Positions 31,833 to 41,458 of a stretch of 64,000 bases of DNA are shown here, piece by piece. Position 1 is the first letter of the stretch. Each line of letters starts with the position of its first letter. The position numbers and the translations under genes are program-made. This stretch comes from a virus (lineage: Duplodnaviria > Heunggongvirae > Uroviricota > Caudoviricetes). The DNA lies in the IMG/VR virus record IMGVR_UViG_3300027710_001079, positions 64,833 through 128,832 of that record. The stretch is one strand, 5' to 3'. The notes beneath the pieces are model-generated. The model was not told the origin of the DNA. It saw only the letters and a program-made list of their open reading frames with translations, and made no database searches.

Positions 31833-32001
31833 TATCTTCTTTCTTAGTAAGAGTCCAAGATCCGTCATTGTTATCGTGCCAATTTAGCACATCTCCAAAA
31901 TCCCAACCTACTTGTGCTAGCATGTCGGGAGTAAAGGGCAAAATTAGATCTCCTGTTTTAGGATCTTCTTCAAGTGTCACTGTCCAGCGTTTTTGTTCCA
32001 T
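31825..32001 (-). CDS. AbrB/MazE-like small protein (not in track)
   Basis: MEQKRWTVTLEED...LILPFTPDMLAQVGWDFGDVLNW swapped-hairpin pattern. Confidence 0.65.
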   Translation of the reverse strand: MEQKRWTVTLEEDPKTGDLILPFTPDMLAQVGWDFGDVLNWHDNNDGSWTLTKKEDNG

Positions 32002-32284
32002 GATCTATAATTTTAACGGTTATTACACGCATAGTCTTGAAACTACGCCATTCTTGTTTGTCTGTATCAAAAACCGGAATGGTTTCTAAATCTAGCAGAC
32101 GGGTTTGATGATGTTCGCGAATTGCTTCACTAGGCATCCAATCTTTATGAAGAGTACACTTCATAACTCGATGTTCCCCACTTACTTTAGTAAACTCAAC
32201 TTCGCAGACGCCTTGGTAGAGGATGTCTTTGATAACTTGATACTGTGTTTCTACAGGGTTAGATGTACCAGCAAAATCAATCAT
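31970..32284 (-). CDS. WYL/SH3-fold-like phage protein
   Basis: EVEFTKVSGEHRVMKCTL...VFDTDKQEWRSF. Confidence 0.65.
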   Translation of the reverse strand: MIDFAGTSNPVETQYQVIKDILYQGVCEVEFTKVSGEHRVMKCTLHKDWMPSEAIREHHQTRLLDLETIPVFDTDKQEWRSFKTMRVITVKIIDHGTKTLDSDT

Positions 32285-32457
32285 AGACGAATCTTAATAA
32301 GTTTATAGTTGACGTAGGCAAGGAAGAAATCAACAACTGCCCAGATGTATCTGCCCTCAGCAAGGGCATCAATACCAGCAAAGCTCAACCATCCAATGAT
32401 AAACCAAGTAATTTGATCTTGGTTATGAATATACCAATTACGAAATGAATTCCACAT
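32281..32457 (-). CDS. Small membrane protein (not in track)
   Basis: MWNSFRNWYIHNQDQITWFIIGWLSFAGIDAL...; directly after a consensus promoter. Confidence 0.65.
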   Translation of the reverse strand: MWNSFRNWYIHNQDQITWFIIGWLSFAGIDALAEGRYIWAVVDFFLAYVNYKLIKIRL

Positions 32458-32481
32458 AAAACACCTTTCTAATAATGTCTT

Positions 32482-32510
32482 ATTATACAGGAGTTATATC
32501 GAATTGTCAA
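32482..32510 (-). promoter_or_regulatory. Consensus sigma70 promoter
   Basis: TTGACA (32510-32505), 17 nt, TATAAT (32487-32482). Confidence 0.85.
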
Positions 32511-33675
32511 TCAACTCTACTACTTGTTTTGCCGTTGCAGGACTCAAAGTCCAACCCAAATGTCCGTGTCCTGCATGATAGAAAATGTTGCTGATCTTTT
32601 TACTTTGTCGTATAACTGGCATCATATTTGGAGTCATTGGACGTAAACAGGCCCATTGTGTATAATCACGGGTGTCAATTTTAGGAAAGTTTGTATGTAC
32701 CCAATCTAACAATGGCTGGATACGATCTCTGCGAATGTCATAGTTTTCACCTGTTAATTCAGCAGTACCTGCAACACGGAAACGGTTACCCAATGTACTG
32801 GTAACAATCTTTGCCTGATCATCTAATAAACTTACTGTAGGCAAATATTTTTTATCAACATTATTGATTGTAATGCTGTATCCTTTAACTGGATAAATGC
32901 CCAAGCTATCACCTATACTATTAGCTAACTGTTCAGAACCTACTCCTGCCGCAACTACCACTGCGTCATATTCATTTGAAATAAATTCGAGCGTTGCAGG
33001 TTTACAGTTATAATAGAATATAACACCGTATTTCTTTTCTAATACATTTGATAATTTATAACAGAATTTGTGTATATCGCCAGTCCAATCATGCCATGTC
33101 CATGCACCGCCTACAATATCTTTAACATCAACAAGTGTTTTATCTAATGCCTTGGTCTGCATTGGACCTAGTATATCCCACGCTACACCATTACTTTGAT
33201 AGATAGATTGTGCTTGTTTAGCATGTTCAAAGTATGTATGATCTTTGTAAAAATGTAGGATTCCGCTAGGACTTTGGTCGTATGATAACCCTTCTTCGAT
33301 GCCCATTTCTTTATAAAGTTTACTGGCTTCTAAACCTAAACGAATAGTTTCTTTAGTGTTATTTTCGTAAGCACCGGTTGCAGTGTAATACAAAAACTTA
33401 GCCATCCACTTCCATTGTGCCCAATCTAGTCGGGGACGGATTAGCAGTGGTGCATCTTTTTTGAACATCCACTTGATGCCCTTCTTGACATTTCCCCAAG
33501 TGGTCCATACCTCGCTATTGCTAACAGAGACCTGCCCGCCATTGGCAAAGCTAGTCTTCATTGCAGGATAGCGTTCTGCTTCGTATACAGAAACGCTATA
33601 TCCTTTCCGAGCAAGATAGTAAGCAGTAGTAAGTCCGGCAATACCTGCACCGATAACTGCTACTTTTTTGTTCAT
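32494..33675 (-). CDS. dadA: D-amino-acid dehydrogenase (FAD-dependent)
   Basis: VIGAGIAG Rossmann motif, TSFANGGQ, YPVKGYS, LRPMTP and GHGHLGWTL; start corrected to MNKK (ATGA overlap with queD). Confidence 0.9.
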   Translation of the reverse strand: MNKKVAVIGAGIAGLTTAYYLARKGYSVSVYEAERYPAMKTSFANGGQVSVSNSEVWTTWGNVKKGIKWMFKKDAPLLIRPRLDWAQWKWMAKFLYYTATGAYENNTKETIRLGLEASKLYKEMGIEEGLSYDQSPSGILHFYKDHTYFEHAKQAQSIYQSNGVAWDILGPMQTKALDKTLVDVKDIVGGAWTWHDWTGDIHKFCYKLSNVLEKKYGVIFYYNCKPATLEFISNEYDAVVVAAGVGSEQLANSIGDSLGIYPVKGYSITINNVDKKYLPTVSLLDDQAKIVTSTLGNRFRVAGTAELTGENYDIRRDRIQPLLDWVHTNFPKIDTRDYTQWACLRPMTPNMMPVIRQSKKISNIFYHAGHGHLGWTLSPATAKQVVELIDNSI

Positions 33676-34178
33676 GCAAACAGATCCTCGTTCCACTCTC
33701 TATGGCCTTCTCGGAAAGCCATGTTGCTCTGTGTTTCACGCACTTCTACGCGATAACACCAAAGGCGTTTGCTTTCTGCATCGCCCCACATGTCCGGAAT
33801 GTAAACTCCGTTGACATACTTGTACAGCATATCGCTCAGTGCTTCACAGCCTAATGCTGGAAGGATAGTAAGTTTAGCCAACTTACGGCGTTCCATTTCT
33901 TTGTAGAATTCAAGTTCTGGATCATCAGCGGCCACTAGGGTTGTATGATCAAATTGATCCTCTAAGATTTTTTTAAGTTCTTTTAGACCACCGTAGTCAG
34001 CCGCCCAATTACGAACGTCTAAGTCGTTGGTCCCAAAATAGAACTTCATTGAAAAACTGTAACCGTGATTCATGTTACAGTGACTATCAGCACGCCATTG
34101 GCGATACGCACACGGGAAGGCGTCGTGATATTCTTTTGTTGATGTGTACTTATATTGTACGGGTTGTAGATTTGCCAT
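33672..34178 (-). CDS. queD: 6-pyruvoyl-tetrahydropterin synthase / QueD family
   Basis: CNMNHGY, DYGGLK, FDHT and EVRET motifs; AAGGAG SD. Confidence 0.85.
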   Translation of the reverse strand: MANLQPVQYKYTSTKEYHDAFPCAYRQWRADSHCNMNHGYSFSMKFYFGTNDLDVRNWAADYGGLKELKKILEDQFDHTTLVAADDPELEFYKEMERRKLAKLTILPALGCEALSDMLYKYVNGVYIPDMWGDAESKRLWCYRVEVRETQSNMAFREGHREWNEDLFA

Positions 34179-34264
34179 CTCTAGTCTCCTTTGTAAGGTA
34201 GCAAGTTTGACGACATGCAGAATTTATAAAGCGGGGTGAAAGTCGTTAAAGACCGCTAGTAACT

Positions 34265-34293
34265 ATTATATAGGCAGATATTTATTCTGTCAA
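34265..34293 (-). promoter_or_regulatory. Consensus sigma70 promoter for queD with an internal TAAATA box
   Basis: TTGACA (34293-34288), 17 nt, TATAAT (34270-34265); TAAATA at 34284-34279. Confidence 0.85.
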
Positions 34294-34297
34294 GTAG

Positions 34298-35377
34298 TTA
34301 GGCTCTAATTTCACCAAAATTCTTCCAAGTGCCCGGAGTGCCAGTTCTGACACAAACCCACCCAATAAAACCCTGAGGTAGAGGATTGTCATTCCACACA
34401 ATGTCACCTTGTTGATAAGCACCTTGTGTTGGCGGCTCAACTCCACGCATCTGTAGCTTGCCCCCAATTCGAACGTTGCCACCAACTTCAAATGCTTCAG
34501 TTGGATTCTTTACGTTAATAGCCAGCTTACCGTATGCACGAATAACTGTGCTGTCGCGGAGCTCATGTCCAAATGTAATATGTCCCTGTTCGTCAACACT
34601 TACTCGAACTTGATCATCTGTAATAATATCCAGTGCTTTGGTATTCAAAGTACCAATACGACCACGACCACGATCGTCTGAGTCAATTACTACTTCAACA
34701 TTATTTGGATAATCGTAAACTGTAAACAATGCAGTAGGAGCATCTTGTCCTAAGCTAAATCTATTAGCAACTGGATTGTAAAAAACAAAGTCGTTGAAGT
34801 TTACAGCACCACTTACATTTAGGTCACGGAGTGTTCCTACAGTTTTTAAACTGGAATTAACAATGCCACTACCTAAACTTTCGCTTGTTAGTACACTGCT
34901 ACCGCCAATAAGATAGTTTCTGCCTTTGGCAATTTCAATGCTTTCTGTACTAAAGAATCGATCAGGCCCAGCCATTAATACCAATTGTTTATTATAAGGA
35001 GCACCTGGCCATAACAATCCTGTGCCTACGTTTGTACCACTTTCTCCGTGTGCAAACTCTAGGTATTGCTTTTCATAAATCTGATTAGTGATAATTTCTG
35101 TAGTACGAACAAATCCTGCATCTAATACACCGTAGATTTTAACATCCCCTCGGAATGTAGTGTTACCTTCGATATTCTTTACATTCAGCGTCTGTACTGT
35201 GATTTTATCATCTTCTACAACTAATGTCTGTTTTGTAGCAAGATCTTTAATACCTGTGCTACCAAAATTGGTAATTGTACCGCCGTCGATAACATCGCCG
35301 CTAAAATCGTTCTCTACGATTAGTAAGCTACCGCGTGGAATATTTTCTAGATTACCTGCATCAAATGTCTTTACCAT
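34298..35377 (-). CDS. Putative virion protein
   Basis: Beta-rich; C-terminal GDIVWNDNP...GWVC...GTPGTW motif typical of tail/fibre proteins; TAAATA at 35426-35421. Confidence 0.6.
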   Translation of the reverse strand: MVKTFDAGNLENIPRGSLLIVENDFSGDVIDGGTITNFGSTGIKDLATKQTLVVEDDKITVQTLNVKNIEGNTTFRGDVKIYGVLDAGFVRTTEIITNQIYEKQYLEFAHGESGTNVGTGLLWPGAPYNKQLVLMAGPDRFFSTESIEIAKGRNYLIGGSSVLTSESLGSGIVNSSLKTVGTLRDLNVSGAVNFNDFVFYNPVANRFSLGQDAPTALFTVYDYPNNVEVVIDSDDRGRGRIGTLNTKALDIITDDQVRVSVDEQGHITFGHELRDSTVIRAYGKLAINVKNPTEAFEVGGNVRIGGKLQMRGVEPPTQGAYQQGDIVWNDNPLPQGFIGWVCVRTGTPGTWKNFGEIRA

Positions 35378-35400
35378 GGTGTTGTTCCGTAAATGTGAGA

Positions 35401-35439
35401 AGCCCCTAAGTGCTTTTGTGTATTTAGCACATAGGGGCT
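35401..35439 (-). terminator. Hairpin after clpP containing a TAAATA box
   Basis: AGCCCCTA/TAGGGGCT plus GTGCT/AGCAC stems. Confidence 0.6.
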
Positions 35440-35456
35440 CTACAGTTTAGGAACGA

Positions 35457-36077
35457 TTATACGGGTCTATTTTCCACTACTTGATCAGCAAGACCGTGCT
35501 GTACAGCCTCTGCGGCACTTAAAAATGTGTCAAACTTCATTGTTTCGAACATTTCTTCGTATGTTTTGCCAGCAGTATTGTGCTTAACGTACAGTTGAGT
35601 CAGGCGTTCATTTACTCGTTTAGATTCTTCAAAGCTACGTTTTGCATCTTCAAATTGCAGATCTTGTACGTGTACTGATCCGCTTGTGCCCCGTGTTCCT
35701 GAACTAACACGATGGATCATTGTGCGAGACTCCGGAAGTACGAATCGTTTACCCTTGGCACCTGCTTGTGCAAGGAACGACCCCATAGAGCAGGCTTGCC
35801 CCATAACATAAGTGCAGACATCCGGTTTGATAAACTGCATAACATCATAAATGCTAAGTCCAGCAGTAACTACTCCGCCTGGACTATTAATATAAAAATG
35901 AATGTCTTTGCTAGCATCTTGACTTTCAAGGTGAAGCATTTGTGCCACGATAAGATTGGCACTGTGGTCGTCAACTGGACCATTTAAGAAAACAATTCGT
36001 TCGTTTAGCAGTCGACTAAAAATGTCAAATGCACGTTCTCCTGAACTTGTCTTTTCGATTACCATTGGTACTAGCAT
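35457..36077 (-). CDS. clpP: Clp protease proteolytic subunit
   Basis: [15 protein letters not shown] (Ser), MIHR (His) and FDTFLSA (Asp). Confidence 0.95.
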   Translation of the reverse strand: MLVPMVIEKTSSGERAFDIFSRLLNERIVFLNGPVDDHSANLIVAQMLHLESQDASKDIHFYINSPGGVVTAGLSIYDVMQFIKPDVCTYVMGQACSMGSFLAQAGAKGKRFVLPESRTMIHRVSSGTRGTSGSVHVQDLQFEDAKRSFEESKRVNERLTQLYVKHNTAGKTYEEMFETMKFDTFLSAAEAVQHGLADQVVENRPV

Positions 36078-36106
36078 AATTTTTCCTTTGTTTATTGTAG
36101 CACAGT

Positions 36107-36454
36107 TTAAAAAATAACTCTATCTTTCATTGCTCGGTCTGAATAAATTTGTAGACCTTTTTCACGAATTAGGTCAGCACAGAATTGCGGTTCAGCTTCC
36201 CATTTAGCTCTCCAGAACTGTTCGTCAAGTTCTTTGCTACAATCAATAGCGTAAATTTCATAATGACGTTGCGAGTTAAATCTTGCCCGCATTGTTAGAT
36301 TACTAATTATATTGTTTAATGGGTTATGTTCTTTTTTACGCTCGGCTAGGATGTTAATGAGATTTCTTTTATCCATATCCTCGTATTGAGTAATAGGAAC
36401 AATAGCTTCTACACCGTTACAGTCCCAGCTGAATATAAATGCATTAGTTGTCAT
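36107..36454 (-). CDS. Hypothetical protein
   Basis: 115-aa ORF. Confidence 0.7.
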   Translation of the reverse strand: MTTNAFIFSWDCNGVEAIVPITQYEDMDKRNLINILAERKKEHNPLNNIISNLTMRARFNSQRHYEIYAIDCSKELDEQFWRAKWEAEPQFCADLIREKGLQIYSDRAMKDRVIF

Positions 36455-37221
36455 TTTGAAAGATGCTTATCTAAAAATTCTTTTGTTCGGTTTCTTGAAA
36501 GGCGATCTGCTTCTGAATTGTACTCCATGTAGTATCCATATGCAACTCTTGATGGGAATTGCATATCAAATGCGTGGGTAGCATTTTTATACATGTGTAG
36601 GTCATATTTCTCTATGTTAGTACACCACTCCGGAGGAGTCCATGTGTCTTTGTCCCCGAAATGAATTTGAACAGGAAACTGAGGCTTAGTCCAGTCCCTA
36701 CCTATGAAATTGTACCTCTTGGACCAGCAACTTGGATAGTATGCTACTGCCGCATCTACTCCTCCGACCCTATCGTTATTTGCTAGATTTAACACAGTGC
36801 TTCCTCCGTGACTAAATCCTATCACTGCTATCTTTCCTGTATGCCACGGTTGTTGTTTAATATAATCAACTAACTTACCAATGTCATAAGATCTTAATTC
36901 TGGATTAACAGCAGAGCTTCGATTGTTGCAGAGATTAGTAAACCCTCTTGGCAAAAAAGAGTCTACCATAACACCGTTATATCCCCAGCGACTAACCTGT
37001 ACTAGCCATTCCTTATAGGAATGATTTTGGGTACCGTCGCACCCGTGTGCAATAATAACGGTAGGCCTAGGCGTATGTTTTACTTCTTTAAAAAGATACT
37101 TCTCTTCAATGTTAACTCCGTTAGTATAATAATTTGTATCCTTTGTTGGATAAAACGGTTCTGTGGTACTGCAACCAGTTATAAACAAAGTGAAGCATAT
37201 TGTTAAGATAGTCTTTTTCAT
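36451..37221 (-). CDS. Dienelactone-hydrolase-family alpha/beta hydrolase, probably a lipoprotein
   Basis: Lipobox FITGC; AHGCDG, GFSHGG nucleophile elbow, GDKD and THAFD. Confidence 0.85.
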   Translation of the reverse strand: MKKTILTICFTLFITGCSTTEPFYPTKDTNYYTNGVNIEEKYLFKEVKHTPRPTVIIAHGCDGTQNHSYKEWLVQVSRWGYNGVMVDSFLPRGFTNLCNNRSSAVNPELRSYDIGKLVDYIKQQPWHTGKIAVIGFSHGGSTVLNLANNDRVGGVDAAVAYYPSCWSKRYNFIGRDWTKPQFPVQIHFGDKDTWTPPEWCTNIEKYDLHMYKNATHAFDMQFPSRVAYGYYMEYNSEADRLSRNRTKEFLDKHLSK

Positions 37222-37236
37222 TCAGCTCTTTCTAAA

Positions 37237-38451
37237 TTATTTGAACACCTTCAAAATCATAATATCTACATTCATGCGTCCGTTCATAATAGTCTCTGTG
37301 GCTTTAATTTTACCAAACCAATCTGTAACCCGCTTCTGCGTGTTTTGTTCCTTAAACTCACGCAACTGGTCTGCTGGCTTACGTAGAGTTTTCTGGAAAC
37401 TCTTTTCAGTAAAGTCAATAATACTAGTACCCTTGACGCTCAATCCTGAAGATGTCTTAGCAATATAAATGCCAATTTTTCGAGTCTTGCTATTGTAAAT
37501 GACAGCGGCTTGGGCCCCAATCAATCCTGCGGCTGGAACTGACACTGCACCAAGTTTATCATCAATAGTTTTAAACTTTAGCTTGGCCACTAATTCTTCT
37601 GCTGGTTTGACTTTCTTAGCACGTGGCTTCTTCAAGATTTTCTGTTCTGCGGCAATCTGCTCACATGCAGCCATAATCATTTCGTAGAACTCAATCAGCT
37701 TACGAACATTCTTTCGACTGTTGTGCTTGTACGCTTCACGCAACTGTTCATCGGCGTTACCACTAGCTAGTTCAGCTAACTCGTCAAAGTTACGCTGGAA
37801 GTATTGTTTAATGAATCGCGAATGTGCAGCCTTGGCACCTTTGCCTCGCAACAGATTGACAATCTTAATATCTTTAGGGTTGAATGCCTCTGGATCTAAA
37901 ATCCAGCTGTCAATTGCGATATCAAGTTCTTCGGTCATAGCACCTGCGGCTTCACGCATACGATCTTGAATAGTAGGTTGTACTACTGTGGTTTTCACTG
38001 TCTTTACTTCGCCGTCGTCTTCAACTTCGTCATCTTGACCTTGTTCAATTACCTTGGCAATCTCGTTCCGCAACCATTGTGCAGTATCTCGGCCTTGATT
38101 AAAGCCCTCGTGAACTTCTGGCATTCCGCGAAGCAGGCAAGCGGCAACGGCACCCATAGTCATACCACAACGGCTGTCCTTAGTGTCTTTAAATGCTTTA
38201 ATGTCTGATTTGTCGTATCCGTTTGCGGCCATCCAGTTAATAACCAAAGGCTTAAGATCCTTATTGGACTTTTCCAAACGGTAGTAGGCCATAGCACCAC
38301 GGAAGTGGCGATTGAATTGTTCCCCAGTCAGACCTTCAGTATTGTCCCACTTTGGACTATAATCACGTTTGGCATTCTCACGAATGCTTTGGCTAGTGAC
38401 TTTTTCTTTTTTAACTTTGGGTTTAATCTTAATGCCTGCGACTGTAGCCAT
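37237..38451 (-). CDS. Hypothetical protein (404 aa), probably early
   Basis: Long ORF with an AAGGAG SD and a sigma70 promoter. Confidence 0.8.
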   Translation of the reverse strand: MATVAGIKIKPKVKKEKVTSQSIRENAKRDYSPKWDNTEGLTGEQFNRHFRGAMAYYRLEKSNKDLKPLVINWMAANGYDKSDIKAFKDTKDSRCGMTMGAVAACLLRGMPEVHEGFNQGRDTAQWLRNEIAKVIEQGQDDEVEDDGEVKTVKTTVVQPTIQDRMREAAGAMTEELDIAIDSWILDPEAFNPKDIKIVNLLRGKGAKAAHSRFIKQYFQRNFDELAELASGNADEQLREAYKHNSRKNVRKLIEFYEMIMAACEQIAAEQKILKKPRAKKVKPAEELVAKLKFKTIDDKLGAVSVPAAGLIGAQAAVIYNSKTRKIGIYIAKTSSGLSVKGTSIIDFTEKSFQKTLRKPADQLREFKEQNTQKRVTDWFGKIKATETIMNGRMNVDIMILKVFK

Positions 38452-38482
38452 TTTGTGCTCCTTGCTGTTTCAGTATAGTTAT

Positions 38483-38511
38483 ATTATACAGCCAGAACGG
38501 CTGTAAGTCAA
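38483..38511 (-). promoter_or_regulatory. sigma70 promoter with an inverted repeat in the spacer
   Basis: TTGACT (38511-38506), 17 nt, TATAAT (38488-38483); TACAGCC-AGAAC-GGCTGTA at 38487-38505. Confidence 0.8.
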
Positions 38512-38789
38512 GAGGTGGTAATACCAGTTTTATCCAAAAACTCCGAATATTTCAACAGAAACATTGTGCGTTTTGGCTCGTTGTAAAAATCCAAATGTAT
38601 AGATTCTTTGAGGTACTTATGTCCAAAATCCGAATCTAACTTCCATACTGCGTGTCTCCTAACAGTAAATCCTAAAAAAGACTTCATCTTATCTCGAATA
38701 AGCATTACACTAGGAGGGGTATCTTTAGTCAGTTGGGTGTGCAGTTTGGCCCATTGTTCCAAATTTAATACAATTGGTTTGCTCATCAA
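38508..38789 (-). CDS. Hypothetical protein
   Basis: 93-aa ORF, coupled overlap. Confidence 0.7.
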   Translation of the reverse strand: MMSKPIVLNLEQWAKLHTQLTKDTPPSVMLIRDKMKSFLGFTVRRHAVWKLDSDFGHKYLKESIHLDFYNEPKRTMFLLKYSEFLDKTGITTS

Positions 38790-39322
38790 AATTCATCATT
38801 TTGGTCCACGACTATCCAACCAAGTCGTTTTAGGTCTTCTCGAATCTCATCAGTGACTACTGATTCGGGTACATATCCATTGGGAAACTTAATGTTCAAT
38901 TCTGGGTCATAATTATTGTCATTGCGGATACCTGAACAGTACCAATCAATGTAGTCGCCTTCTTGACGCATGTCTGCAATAATTCCACCCGCACTACGCC
39001 ACGAGGCACTCCAAGTTTTATTAGACAAGATAGGAATAACTGCTAACTTTTGGAAATCATTGTTACAGATTGCGGCATAAAGATTTTGAGCATAGGATTC
39101 GCTAACACGAACTTTTTCTAGTATCCAATCGGTAGTTACTAGGTCGTACTCCATACTATCAACTTTAGATTCAGGGGTTTGCCATTTTTTGTCAGCATCT
39201 TCTAGAATCTTTTGAAACATGTCTAGGTAATCAGGATTAGGTTCTTCGCCTTTTTCTTTCATGCGTTCGACATATCCTTCTTTTTGAAAGGTATGTCGGT
39301 CTGGACTTTTACTAGGCTTCAT
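38786..39322 (-). CDS. Hypothetical protein
   Basis: 178-aa ORF, coupled overlaps. Confidence 0.75.
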   Translation of the reverse strand: MKPSKSPDRHTFQKEGYVERMKEKGEEPNPDYLDMFQKILEDADKKWQTPESKVDSMEYDLVTTDWILEKVRVSESYAQNLYAAICNNDFQKLAVIPILSNKTWSASWRSAGGIIADMRQEGDYIDWYCSGIRNDNNYDPELNIKFPNGYVPESVVTDEIREDLKRLGWIVVDQNDEF

Positions 39323-39510
39323 ACAGTTACTCGTTTTGTATTTGAACGAATTTTACGGCATTCTTCTTTAACTGCGATCGGATAATCGGGATGGAACTCT
39401 GCAATATCACAGTTGTAATAATGCACTCTAGGCAACCCATTATTGACTAACATCAATATAGGAATGCTTAGAACTATTGCAATAATTATTATTCTTAGGA
39501 TCATGTCCAA
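39319..39510 (-). CDS. Small protein with an N-terminal TM helix
   Basis: Hydrophobic N-terminus, two Cys. Confidence 0.6.
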   Translation of the reverse strand: MDMILRIIIIAIVLSIPILMLVNNGLPRVHYYNCDIAEFHPDYPIAVKEECRKIRSNTKRVTV

Positions 39511-40337
39511 AGACTATTACGTACTTTGATCAGACGAATCATCATTGCTTCATCTTCTTTTTCATAAGCTGCTTCAATCTTTTGAAGTAGCTTGTGGGCT
39601 TTGTTGCTGGCTTTCTGATCTGCAGGATCTTTCGAGTTTAGACTAGACATGAAGCTACCCGGATACTTGACACGCATAGCTTCGCAGTGAGCCGTCCAGC
39701 CGCTTGCGTCATATGGATCAGGACGATTGCGATAAGTGTCAGTCCACCATACATACAGCTCTTTGAGTTCTTTAGCGTTAACGGCTTGCAGAGTGGGCTT
39801 GTTGTAATCTGGATGATCTGGCTCGCACCACTCTGAATTAGTCAATGTCATTTCCCAGTCAAGATGATCTAGCCCAGCTTGCGGGCTACGCCATACACGC
39901 CAGCGAAACCAACCGCTTGCCCAGAATGGAGGATTATATTTTGCACGGGTTTCTTTATCGCCCCAAGCAATATGACTCCATGCTTTTTCTATTTCAATAA
40001 AATCAACCAGCTCATTGAATAGGCAAGGCAAAAAGCGGTTCCCCACGTCCTGCCACTGGCCAGGCTTAATATCCCGGGAATGAGCGGTAAGACTATGAGT
40101 GCGACTAACCCAACGGTTGTTAATGTAATATTTGATAGCATGTAGTTTATCCGTAGGCCAATAGACAATCTTTTGAGCAATATCCAATCCTTCTTCCGCT
40201 AGCCAATATCGGAAGTTGTGCTTCATTTGTGCAGTAGTGGTCCATTCGTCCCACTCTTCTGCTGTGCCAGCTTTGAGCTTGGCTGTGCCGCGAATCCAGT
40301 CGGCAAATTTTGAGCAAGTCCAATAGTGATTACGCAT
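39501..40337 (-). CDS. Trp-rich hypothetical protein
   Basis: 278-aa ORF. Confidence 0.75.
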   Translation of the reverse strand: MRNHYWTCSKFADWIRGTAKLKAGTAEEWDEWTTTAQMKHNFRYWLAEEGLDIAQKIVYWPTDKLHAIKYYINNRWVSRTHSLTAHSRDIKPGQWQDVGNRFLPCLFNELVDFIEIEKAWSHIAWGDKETRAKYNPPFWASGWFRWRVWRSPQAGLDHLDWEMTLTNSEWCEPDHPDYNKPTLQAVNAKELKELYVWWTDTYRNRPDPYDASGWTAHCEAMRVKYPGSFMSSLNSKDPADQKASNKAHKLLQKIEAAYEKEDEAMMIRLIKVRNSLWT

Positions 40338-40641
40338 TTACTTTTCCAAACTTTAAATAAAATTCTGATAGTTTTTTCTTTTCTAACTCAGCTATTATAG
40401 CATATTCGTAGCCCATTGTCAAGTGGCTATGGTTCCTATGCCATTCAGGTTTATCCACAGAATTTTTCATGACATATTGTCCAGCTTCGGTGTTTTCCCA
40501 TTCCCATAGTGGTTGGGCGGCATATAGGTCTGGGTCGTCAACATCGCCCATTCGAAACCGATGAACTACAACTTTGTGGATTTCTTCCACACGGTCAACA
40601 CCATTTTCTTCAATAACTCGACATCTTATTGACATGACCAT
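40330..40641 (-). CDS. Hypothetical protein
   Basis: 103-aa ORF. Confidence 0.7.
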   Translation of the reverse strand: MVMSIRCRVIEENGVDRVEEIHKVVVHRFRMGDVDDPDLYAAQPLWEWENTEAGQYVMKNSVDKPEWHRNHSHLTMGYEYAIIAELEKKKLSEFYLKFGKVNA

Positions 40642-40973
40642 TTGAGATTAAAAATTGTAAGGAACTTATCTGCATCGGCACGTTTCCAAAACTTCCATTC
40701 CTGATAGCTTAGTCGATTGACCATTTTCCAATCTTTTAACTGCTCAGCAGACCAATCGCATCTGCTATCAAGATTTCCGTAGTCGGCAGTATAGTACAGG
40801 TACTGTTCGTCTTCAGAGACGTGCTCCCAATCTTCTTCAATGCGTATTCTCCATGCTAGATTTACTTTTCTAAGAACTACTCGAATCTTAGGTGCATGTT
40901 CCGACATATACTTAAGGTCTTGATACTTAGGTTCTAATTGTTCGAGGACACCAATCCAGGGATCACTGTTCAT
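40626..40973 (-). CDS. Hypothetical protein
   Basis: 115-aa ORF. Confidence 0.7.
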   Translation of the reverse strand: MNSDPWIGVLEQLEPKYQDLKYMSEHAPKIRVVLRKVNLAWRIRIEEDWEHVSEDEQYLYYTADYGNLDSRCDWSAEQLKDWKMVNRLSYQEWKFWKRADADKFLTIFNLKWSCQ

Positions 40974-40975
40974 TA

Positions 40976-41458
40976 TTATTTTTTCTTTTTAAAGTATCTA
41001 CGCTTAGGTTTGTCTGTTTTTAAATTTAAAGGCTCGTGTGCAGTGTCTTTTAAACTCTTATCAAGTGCCGCATGAATTTCTTCAACTGAAGGACCTTCGT
41101 CGTATCCTGCAAGTTCTTCGTTAATTTCTTTAGCAATTTCTTCGAGAGGATTTGGACCATCTACTGGCATCTTAATGCCTACTTTATTTAAGTATCGTTG
41201 ATTCTTTAGGATGTCAGTTTTAATGTTCCTAAACAAATTAATAGGTCCTTTAGCATCAGGACTGATTTGATCATAATCTCTAACTTCGTAAACGTCGTCA
41301 ATGCCTGTTTTAATTTCGATAATATACAGTTCTCGATCTGAACTGTGTCCTTCTTTTAAGTGAGCTAGATCAACGATTTCTACCACTCTGCCTTCTACAA
41401 GTCTGCGTTCACCTAAATGAATCCAAACTTTGTCTTTGATGTTATATTCTTTTTTCAT
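40976..41458 (-). CDS. Hypothetical protein
   Basis: 160-aa ORF. Confidence 0.7.
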   Translation of the reverse strand: MKKEYNIKDKVWIHLGERRLVEGRVVEIVDLAHLKEGHSSDRELYIIEIKTGIDDVYEVRDYDQISPDAKGPINLFRNIKTDILKNQRYLNKVGIKMPVDGPNPLEEIAKEINEELAGYDEGPSVEEIHAALDKSLKDTAHEPLNLKTDKPKRRYFKKKK

